From contig OZ037770.1 in the NCBI GenBank assembly GCA_964035545.1, positions 4,992,662 to 5,056,661 on the forward strand: a stretch of DNA of 64,000 nt, read 5' to 3'. The notes beneath the pieces are model-generated. The model was not told the DNA's origin. It saw only the letters and a list, made by a program, of their open reading frames with translations, and ran no database searches. The DNA comes from Bugula neritina. Taxonomy: Eukaryota > Animalia > Bryozoa. Below are positions 38,244-50,200 of the stretch, one piece after another. Position 1 is the first letter of the stretch. The number at the start of each line of letters is the position of its first letter. The position numbers and the translations under genes are program-made.

Positions 38244-41200
38244 ATGGCAACAGCTGGTGAGTGAATTTAAATACTATTTTATACACTTATTTCTTGGAAA
38301 GTAGAAATGTTTAAACTCTGAAGATATGTTGATATTATGCCACCGCAATATAATATATATATAGAAGTATTTTATTATCACTACTTCCTATGATACTGTT
38401 TTATGTCACCAATTAGTGTATTACTTTGAAAATAGTACAATAGATAATATTATGCAAGCAGTTGGGTTAGAGTTGTCTTATCTCAAAAGAATAAACACTG
38501 AACTATAAACTATACATTAAATGATTATTTAGAAAGAATATAAAGCTATCTAATAAAATATATGTTACTCATGGTTATGATTACTAAAATCTACCATATA
38601 ATTAATTTATTCATTCAGTAGTTGACAGGTGTCAGAATCATAGACAGCACCTGCTAGCACTGTGTAATAATTGAACTGTCACTGTATGATGTTACAGATA
38701 ATATGAGAATCTGGTTCAGACATTCTGGACAGCCTCCTGTAAGCTGGTCAGATGTCCAGTCTGCTAATACCAAGTCATATACTACTGCTGAGGTGAAACA
38801 TGAAGTTGGGAGTTATGATATCACAGATCTTAAACTGGAGGGAACCATTCCAAGTAACATTGGGGAGATTACTGGTGAAGCCCTGTGTCTATGTGTTTTT
38901 AACCTAACTGACAGAGCAAGTCTGGACAAGTGAGTGTCTACTAAGATAGCTGTGTAAATGATAAATGAGTTCAGTTGTGTAATTTATTAAATAATAATCG
39001 ATAATATAAGGTGCTGAAGCTGAGGCATATTTTTGCTCATAATATATTCATACAAAATAATATACATCAACATAGTAATATGTGCAACATTGTATGTAAT
39101 CTAAATGAGCTTATAATTGTAGAAACTAGGGAGTGTAAAACTGCCTGTACTGTTACTCAATATCATTGATTAAATCATGTTTTATGTATATATGTTTTGT
39201 CATCAACTACACAAATTAGTCAATATATTAACTTACATAGCAATTTGGAGTGAGACCTCATGTACTGTAAACTAACAGCTAACCTTGCATAATGAAGCTT
39301 CCTCTCGTTACCTTCAACATAATTTAGCTGAAAATCTTTGCTTTTCTTTGCGACAATATATCTGTTTCTTGCATGTTTTTTTGTTGAATACACAAGCAGC
39401 ATAATATCAGAATATATTTCTCGGAAATGTTGTTAAACAGCATAAAAAGAATGCCGATGCACAATATACTTTACATCTGTTTAGTATCTTGTAATCCGAC
39501 ATAAAATAGTCAAAGTCAAGAATAAGCAGCATATATAGTATATTCATTTTGATGGTGGACATAAACACATGACACACTTTATATTACAGTTTATGTCAGC
39601 TAACTCAGTTAGAGAAACTATACATAGGAGATAATCCTCTCAACACAATACCAGAAGCTGTGTCATCACTCACATCACTTGAAGAGTTGGATATGGAAAG
39701 CTGTGGATTATCTACTCTACCTGAGAGGTTTGTGTGCCAAAATATTTCCTTGGTTTCAAACCCTCAATATTTCACATTTTTAATGCTTATCAAGTAGTGT
39801 TATGCTATGTTATCATATATTGCCAACGTATATTAAAAAACCTAAGTATGCATTTTTTGAACTTATCTAAGAGTTTGTCTTAAGGTGGAAATAATATAAT
39901 TGTATGGTGTGCCATTGTATATCATTATATCACAAGAACTTTTTGTAATTATTAATAAAACAGCGATCTGTAGTTTACGTGCAACCATGGCAATGATCAA
40001 ATTTTTCTTGGGCTCTTGCGACAATCACTTTTGCTATCCATTGCCGCAATGAATTTGTTAAGGCTACTGCATTTTCTCTAGCCTGGTTGACTGCGCCTCA
40101 AGCAATATAGTATGTACGGTGTATATTATTATGACACAGTAAAATACATATATTCTACCCTTTCTGAGTATTGCAGTCTATGCCAGCTGACTCAGTTAGA
40201 GGAACTGAACATAGCAAAGAATCCTCTCAACATAGTACCTGAAGTTGTGTCATCATTCACACCACTTAAAGAGTTGTATATGAGGGTCTGTAAATTATCT
40301 ACTCTACCTGAGAGGTTTGTGGAACACAGTCTTTCTTGTTTCAAACACTCGATAATTCACATGTTGATATAATGCTTAGCAAGTATTGCTAATTAGTATG
40401 TCACTATGTATTGTTGAAAAGCATAAAGCTATAAATTAAAATTTTCTTGAGGCTATATGATATTAGAGTTTCTCAAATAACTCGAAAATAAATATGTTTC
40501 AGTTATCTGGCATTACATTTCCTATTGCTATAAAACCTTCCTTAACAAATACTATAGCACCCACTTTTTATAGTTTACTAGAATCTATTTCAAATTAAAT
40601 GTCTTTTACTTTGAATATACGTTGTCGCAATAAATTTGCTTTTTTTGCATGTTATACTTGATTGAAGACACAAGCATAGTATACAGAGTACATACTATTA
40701 TCCTGATACAGTGGATTACATATATACCATATACTTTATATTACAGTCTATGTCAGCTGACTCAGTTAGAGAAACTATACATAAGAGAGAATCCTCTCAA
40801 CACTGTACCAGAAGTTGTGTTATCATTCACATCACTTAAAGAGTTGGATATGATTTGCTGTAAATTATCTACTTTACCTGAGAGGTTTGTGGAACACAGT
40901 CTTTTTTGTTTCAAACACTCAATAATTTACATGTTGATATAATTCTTACCGTATATTGCTAATTAGTATGTCACTGTGTATTGTTGCAAAGCATAAAGTT
41001 ATAAATTATTAGTTTCTTGAGGCTATATTGTATTAGAGTGTTTCAAAACTTGAAAATAAATAATATATTTCAGTTATCTGGCATTACATTTCCTATTGCT
41101 ATAAAACCTTTTTAACTAATATTATAGCACCCACTTGTAGTTTACTATAGTGTGTATTTCTCATCAAATGGTTATTAGAGCCTTCTGTATTTCACTTTGA

Positions 41201-44200
41201 ATATGCCTTAGCGTAATAAATTTGCTACTTGGGTATTTTACTTGATTGAGTATGCAGTGCATGTTGTGATACAGTAGACTAAATATATCACATACTTTAT
41301 ATTACAGTCTGTGTCAACTGACTCAGTTAGAGAAACTATACATAGGAGATAATCCTCTCAACACAATACCAGAAGTTGTGTCATCACTCACATCACTTGA
41401 AGAGTTGGATATGGAGAGCTGTGGATTATCTACTCTACCTGAGAGGTTTGTGTGCCAAAATATTTCCTTGGTTTCAAACCCTCAATATTTCACATTTTTA
41501 ATGCTTATCAAGTAGTGTTATGCTATGTTATCATATATTGCCAACGTATATTAAAAAACCTAATTATGCATTTGTTGAACTTATTTAGGAGTTTGTCATA
41601 AGGTGGAAATGATATAGTTGCATGGTGTGCCATTGTATATCATTATATCACAAGAACTTTTTGTAATTATTAATAAAACAGCCATCTGTAGTTTACGTGC
41701 AATCATGGCAATGATCAAATTTTTCTTGGGATCTTGCGACATCACTTTTGCTATCCATTGCCGCAATGAGTTTGTTAAGGCTACTGCATTTTCTCTAGCC
41801 TGGTTGACTGCGCCTCAACCAATATTGTATGTACAGTGTAGATTATTATGACACAGTAAACTACATATATTCTACCCTTTCTGAGTATTGCAGTCTATGC
41901 CAGCTGACTCAGTTAGAGAAACTGAACATAGCAAAGAATCCTCTCAACATAGTTCCAGAAGTTGTGTCATCACTCACAACACTTAAGGAGTTGTATATGA
42001 GAATCTGTAAATTGTCCACTCTACCTGAGAGGTTTGTGGAACACAGTCTTTCTTGTTTCAAACACTCAATAATTCACATGTTGATATAATGCATAGCAAG
42101 TATTGCTAATTAGTATGTCACTATGTATTGTTGAAAAGCATAAAGCTATAAATTAAAATTTTCTTGAGGCTATATGATATTAGAGTTTTTCAAAACTTGA
42201 AAATAAATATGTTTCTGTTATCTGGCATTACATTTCCTATTGCTATAAAACCTTCTTCAACAAATACTATAGCACCCACTTGTGGTTTACTGGGATCTAT
42301 TTCACATTAAATGCTTATTAGCTTTCGGTATTTTACTTTGAATGTGCCTTGTCGCAATAAATTTGTTTCTTGAATATTTTACCTGATTGAATACGTGTCA
42401 GTTTACTTCATTTAGTACACACCAGCAAATTATGACCTAACATTAAAGTTTGCTCAAAATCCATTTAAATCTACTATACATGGTATTTTTATGTGCTGGT
42501 TTTAACTACGCATAACAGAAAAGGCTGGAAGGGGATTCCCCAACATTAAAGCACAGGTCATTGTCATATGCACTTAATATTCTATATGTGCAGACCGTTA
42601 CGAAAAATTCGTAACGGTCTGTAACCAAAACTAGCTGAACAATTAGGGAAAAACATGAGAAATGAAGCAAAATTGAAAAGAACTTTGATTATTTAGGTGT
42701 ATTTATTGGTGTTTTACTAGTTTTTACCAAAAAACCATGTTCATTACCAGTTAAATTGTGAAAAATAGCCAAAAACTGAAGATTTCGAGTGTGTACTAAA
42801 TTAATTAAAATGACCCATACACAAGTAGAGTATACACAGTATACAATAATATCTTGGTACAGTGAATTACATATATTATGCACTTTATATTACAGTCTAT
42901 GTCAGCTGACTCAGTTAGAGAAACTAAACATAGCAGATAATCCTCTCAACACAGTACCAGAAGTTGTGTCATCACTCACATCACTTAAAGAGTTGGATAT
43001 AGAGAGCTGTGGATTACCTACTCTACCTGAGAGGTTTGTGGAACACAGTCTTTTTGTTTCAAACACTCAATAATTCACATGTTGATATAATGCTTACCAA
43101 GTATTGTTAATTAGTATGTCACTATGTATTGTTGAAAAGCATAAAGCAAAAAGTTGGAATTTCTTGAGGCTATATGATATTAGACTTTCTCAAAACTCAG
43201 AGATAAATATGTTTCAGTAATCTGGCATTACATTTCCTATTGCTATAAAACCTTCCTTAACAAATACTATAGCACCCACTTTTTATAGTTTACTAGAATC
43301 TATTTCAAATTAAATGTCTTTTACTTTGAATATACGTTGTCGCAATAAATTTGTTTTTTTGCATGTTTTACTTGATTGAAGACACAAGCATAGTATACAG
43401 AGTACATACTATTATCCTGATACAGTGGATTACATATATATCATATACTTTATATTACAGTCTATGTCAGCTGACTCAATTAGAGAAACTATACATGAGA
43501 GAGAATCCTCTCAACACTGTACCAGAAGTTGTGTTATCATTCACATCACTTAAAGAGTTGGATATGATTTGCTGTAAATTATCTACTTTACCTGAGAGGT
43601 TTGTGGAACACAGTCTTTTTTGTTTCAAACACTCAATAATTTACATGTTGATATAATTCTTACCGAATATTGCTAATTAGTATGTCACTGTGTATTGTTG
43701 CAAAGCATAAAGTTATAAATTATAAGTTTCTTGAGGCTATATTGTATTAGAGTGTTTCAAAACTTGAAAATAAATAATATATTTCAGTGATCTGGCATTA
43801 CATTTCCTATTGCTATAAAACCTTTTTAACTAATATTATAGCACCCACTTGTAGTTTACTATAGTGTGTATTTCTCATCAAATGGTTATTAGAGCCTTCT
43901 GTATTTTACTTTGAATATGCCTTAGCGTAATAAATTTGCTACTTGGGTATTTTACTTGATTGAGTATGCAGTGCATGTTGTGATACAGTAGACTAAATGT
44001 ATCACATACTTTATATTACAGTCTGTGTCAACTGACTCAGTTAGAGAAACTATACATAGGAGATAATCCTCTCAACACAATACCAGAAGTTGTGTCATCA
44101 CTCACATCACTTGAAGAGTTGGATATGGAGAGCTGTGGATTATCTACTCTACCTGAGAGGTTTGTGTGCCAAAATATTTCCTTGGTTTCAAACCCTCAAT

Positions 44201-47200
44201 ATTTCACATTTTTAATGCTTATCAAGTAGTGTTATGCTATGTTATCATATATTGCCAACGTATATTAAAAAACCTAAGTATGCATTTTTTGAACTTATCT
44301 AAGAGTTTGTCTTAAGGTGGAAATAATATAGTTGTATGGTGTGCCATTGTATATCATTATATCACAAGAACTTTTTGTAATTATTAATAAAACAGCCATC
44401 TGTAGTTTACGTGCAATCATGGCAATGATCAAATTTTTCTTGGGCTCTTTCGACCATCACTTTTGCTATCCATTGCCGCAATGAATTTGTTAAGGCTACT
44501 GCATTTTCTCTAGCCTGGTTGACTGCGCCTCAACCAATATAGTATGTACAGTGTATATTATTATGACACAGTAAACTACATATATTCTACCCTTTATGAG
44601 TATTGCAGTCTATGCCAGCTGACTCAGTTAGAGAAACTGAACATAGCAAAGAATCCTCTCAACATAGTACCAGAAGTTGTGTCATCACTCACACCACTTA
44701 AAGAGTTGTATATGAGGATCTGTAAATTATCTACTCTACCTGAGAGGTTTGTGGAACACAGTCTTTCTTGTTTCAAACACTCAATAATTCACATGTTGAT
44801 ATAATGCTTAGCAAGTATTGCTAATTAGTATGTCACTACGTATTGTTGAAAAGCATAAAGCTATAAATTAAAATTTTCTTGAGGCTATATGATATTAGAG
44901 TTTTTCAAAACTTGAAAATAAATATGTTTCTGTTATCTGGCATTACATTTCCTAATGCTATAAAACCTTCTTCAACAAATACTATATCACCCACTTGTAG
45001 TTTACTGGAATCTATTTTACATTAAATGCTTATTAGCTTTCGGTATTTTACTTTGAATGTGCCTTGTCGCAATAAATTTGTTTCTTGAATATTTTACCTG
45101 ATTGAATACACAAGTAGAGTATACACAGTATACAATAATATCTTGGTACAGTGAATTACATATATTATGCACTTTATATTACAGTCTATGTCAGCTGACT
45201 CAGTTAGAGAAACTAAACATAGCAGATAATCCTCTCAACACAGTACCAGAAGTTGTGTCATCACTCACATCACTTAAAGAGTTGGATATGGAGAGCTGTG
45301 GATTACCTACTCTACCTGAGAGGTTTGTGGAACACAGTCTTTTTGTTTCAAACACTCAATAATTCAAATGTTGATATAATGCTTACCAAGTATTGTTAAT
45401 TAGTATGTCACTATGTATTGTTGAAAAGCATAAAGTTATAAATTACATATTTCTTGAGGCTATATGATATTAGAGTTTCTCAAAACTTAAAAATAAATAT
45501 GTTTCAGTTATCTGGCATTACATTTCCTATTGCTATAAAACCTTCCTTAACAAATACTATAGCACCCACTTTTTATAGTTTACTAGAATCTATTTCAAAT
45601 TAAATGTCTTTTACTTTGAATATACGTTGTCGCAATAAATTTGTTTTTTTTGCATGTTATACTTGATTGAAGACACAAGCATAGTATACAGAGTACATAC
45701 TATTATCCTGATACAGTGGATTACATATATATCATATACTTTATATTACAGTCTATGTCAGCTGACTCAGTTAGAGAAACTATACATAAGAGAGAATCCT
45801 CTCAACACTGTACCAGAAGTTGTGTTATCATTCACATCACTTAAAGAGTTGGATATGATTTGCTGTAAATTATCTACTTTACCTGAGAGGTTTGTGGAAC
45901 ACAGTCTTTTTTGTTTCAAACACTCAATAATTCACATGTTGATATAATGCTTACCAAGTATTGCTAGTTAGTATGTCACTATGTATTGTTGCAAAGCATA
46001 AAGTTATAAATTATAAGTTTCTTGAGCCTATATTGTATTAGAGTGTTTCAAAACTTGAAAATAAATAATATATTTCAGTGATCTGGCATTACATTTCCTA
46101 TTGCTATAAAACCTTTTTAACTAATATTATAGCACTCACTTGTAGTTTACCATAGTGTGTATTTCTCATCAAATGGTTATTAGAGCCTTCTGTATTTTAC
46201 TTTGAATATGCCTTAGCGTAATAAATTTGCTACTTGGGTATTTTACTTGATTGAGTATGCAGTGCATGTTATGATACAGTAGACTAAGTATATCACATAC
46301 TTTATATTACAGCCTGTATCAACTGACTCAGTTAGAGAAACTATACATAGGAGATAATCCTCTCAACACAATACCAGAAGTTGTGTCATCACTCACATCA
46401 CTTGAAGAGTTGGATATGGAGAGCTGTGGATTATCTACTCTACCTGAGAGGTTTGTGTGCCAAAATATTTCCTTGGTTTCAAACCCTCAATATTTCACAT
46501 TTTTAATGCTTATCAAGTAGTGTTATGCTATGTTATCATATATTGCCAACGTATATTAAAAAACCTAATTATGCATTTGTTGAACTTATTTAGGAGTTTG
46601 TCATAAGGTGGAAATGATATAGTTGCATGGTGTGCCATTGTATATCATTATATCACAAGAACTTTTTGTAATTATTAATAAAACAGCCATCTGTAGTTTA
46701 CGTGCAATCATGGCAATGATCAAATTTTTCTTGGGATCTTGCGACAATCACTTTTGCTATCCATTGCCGCAATGAGTTTGTTAAGGCTACTGCATTTTCT
46801 CTAGCCTGGTTGACTGCGCCTCAACCGATATTGCATGTACAGTGTATATTATTATGACACAGTAAACTACATATATTCTACCCTTTCTGAGTATTGCAGT
46901 CTATGCCAGCTGACTCAGTTAGAGAAACTGAACATAGCAAAGAATCCTCTCAACATAGTTCCAGAAGTTGTGTCATCACTCACACCACTTAAGGAGTTGT
47001 ATATGAGAATCTGTAAATTGTCCACTCTACCTGAGAGGTTTGTGGAACACAGTCTTTCTTGTTTCAAACACTCAATAATTCACATGTTGATATAATGCAT
47101 AGCAAGTATTGCTAATTAGTATGTCACTATGTATTGTTGAAAAGCATAAAGCTATAAATTAAAATTTTCTTGAGGCTATATGATATTAGAGTTTTTCAAA

Positions 47201-50200
47201 ACTTGAAAATAAATATGTTACAGTAATCTGGCATTACATTTCCTATTACTATGAAAACTTCTCCAATAAATACTATATCGCCAACTTGTAGTTTACTGGA
47301 ATCTATTTTACATTAAATGCTTATTAGCTTTCGGTATTTTACTTTGAATGTGCCTTGTTGCAATAAATTTGTTTCTTGAATATTTTACCTGATTGAATAC
47401 GTGTCAGTTTACTTCATTTAGTACACACCAGCAAATTATGACCTAACATTAAAGTTTGCTCAAAATCCATTGAAATCTACTATACATGGTATTTTTATGT
47501 GCTGGTTTTAACTACGCATAACAGAAAAGGCTGGAAGGGGATTCCCTAACATTAAAGCACAGGTCATTGTCATATGCACTTAATATTCTATATGTGCAGA
47601 CCGTTACGAAAAATTCGTAACGGTCTGTAACCAAAACTAGCTGAATAATTAGGGAAAAACATGAGAAATGAAGCAAAATTAAAAAGAACTTTGATTATTT
47701 AGATGTATTTATTGGTGTTTTACTAGTTTTTACCAAAAAACCATGTTCATTACCAGTTAAATTGTGAAAAATAGCCAAAAACTGAAGATTTCGAGTGTGT
47801 ACTAAATTAATTAAATTGACCCATACACAAGTAGAGTATACACAGTATACAATAATATCTTGGTACAGTGAATTACATATATTATGCACTTTATATTACA
47901 GTCTATGTCAGCTGACTCAGTTAGAGAAACTAAACATAGCGGATAATCCTCTCAACACAGTACCAGAAGTTGTGTCATCACTCACATCACTTAAAGAGTT
48001 GGATATAGAGAGCTGTGGATTACCTACTCTACCTGAGAGGTTTGTGGAACACAGTCTTTTTGTTTCAAACACTCAATAATTCACATGTTGATATAATGCT
48101 TACCAAGTATTGTTAATTAGTATGTCACTATGTATTGTTGAAAAGCATAAAGCAAAAAGTTGGAATTTCTTGAGGCTATATGATATTAGACTTTCTCAAA
48201 ACTCAGAGATAAATATGTTTCAGTAATCTGGCATTACATTTCCTATTGCTATAAAACCTTCCTTAACAAATACTATAGCACCCACTTTTTATAGTTTACT
48301 AGAATCTATTTCAAATTAAATGTCTTTTACTTTGAATATACGTTGTCGCAATAAATTTGTTTTTTTGCATGTTTTACTTGATTGAAGACACAAGCATAGT
48401 ATACAGAGTACATACTATTATCCTGATACAGTGGATTACATATATATCATATACTTTATATTACAGTCTATGTCAGCTGACTCAATTAGAGAAACTATAC
48501 ATAAGAGAGAATCCTCTCAACACTGTACCAGAAGTTGTGTTATCATTCACATCACTTAAAGAGTTGGATATGATTTGCTGTAAATTATCTACTTTACCTG
48601 AGAGGTTTGTGGAACACAGTCTTTTTTGTTTCAAACACTCAATAATTTACATGTTGATATAATTCTTACCGAATATTGCTAATTAGTATGTCACTGTGTA
48701 TTGTTGCAAAGCATAAAGTTATAAATTATAAGTTTCTTGAGGCTATATTGTATTAGAGTGTTTCAAAACTTGAAAATAAATAATATATTTCAGTGATCTG
48801 GCATTACATTTCCTATTGCTATAAAACCTTTTTAACTAATATTATAGCACCCACTTGTAGTTTACTATAGTGTGTATTTCTCATCAAATGGTTATTAGAG
48901 CCTTCTGTATTTTACTTTGAATATGCCTTAGCGTAATAAATTTGCTACTTGGGTATTTTACTTGATTGAGTATGCAGTGCATGTTGTGATACAGTAGACT
49001 AAATGTATCACATACTTTATATTACAGTCTGTGTCAACTGACTCAGTTAGAGAAACTATACATAGGAGATAATCCTCTCAACACAATACCAGAAGTTGTG
49101 TCATCACTCACATCACTTGAAGAGTTGGATATGGAGAGCTGTGGATTATCTACTCTACCTGAGAGGTTTGTGTGCCAAAATATTTCCTTGGTTTCAAACC
49201 CTCAATATTTCACATTTTTAATGCTTATCAAGTAGTGTTATGCTATGTTATCATATATTGCCAACGTATATTAAAAAACCTAAGTATGCATTTTTTGAAC
49301 TTATCTAAGAGTTTGTCTTAAGGTGGAAATAATATAGTTGTATGGTGTGCCATTGTATATCATTATATCACAAGAACTTTTTGTAATTATTAATAAAACA
49401 GCCATCTGTAGTTTACGTGCAATCATGGCAATGATCAAATTTTTCTTGGGCTCTTTCGACAATCACTTTTGCTATCCATTGCCGCAATGAATTTGTTAAG
49501 GCTACTGCATTTTCTCTAGCCTGGTTGACTGCGCCTCAACCAATATAGTATGTACAGTGTATATTATTATGACACAGTAAACTTCATATATTCTACCCTT
49601 TATGAGTATTGCAGTCTATGCCAGCTGACTCAGTTAGAGAAACTGAACATAGCAAAGAATCCTCTCAACAATAGTACCAGAAGTTGTGTCATCACTCACA
49701 CCACTTAAAGAGTTGTATATGAGGATCTGTAAATTATCTACTCTACCTGAGAGGTTTGTGGAACACAGTCTTTCTTGTTTCAAACACTCAATAATTCACA
49801 TGTTGATATAATGCTTAGCAAGTATTGCTAATTAGTATGTCACTATGTATTGTTGAAAAGCATAAAGCTATAAATTAAAATTTTCTTGAGGCTATATGAT
49901 ATTAGAGTTTTTCAAAACTTGAAAATAAATATGTTTCTGTTATCTGGCATTACATTTCCTAATGCTATAAAACCTTCTTCAACAAATACTATATCACCAA
50001 CTTGTGGTTTACTGGAATCTATTTTACATTAAATGCTTATTAGCTTTCGGTATTTTACTTTGAATGTGCCTTGTCGCAATAAATTCGTTTCTTGAATATT
50101 TTACCTGATTGAATACACAAGTAGAGTATACACAGTATACAATAATATCTTGGTACAGTGAATTACATATATTATGCACTTTATATTACAGTCTATGTTG

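Noticed and set aside
38238-38251. RFX X-box-like palindrome GTAGCCATGGCAAC over the ROCO start codon
   Set aside because: Explained by Kozak context plus codons; it lies in an internal exon with no promoter evidence.
40320-40355. RAG-type recombination signal (CACAGTC heptamer-like) after B, C and D cassettes
   Set aside because: No ACAAAAACC-like nonamer at 12 or 23 bp, absent after A cassettes, and recurrence is explained by duplication.
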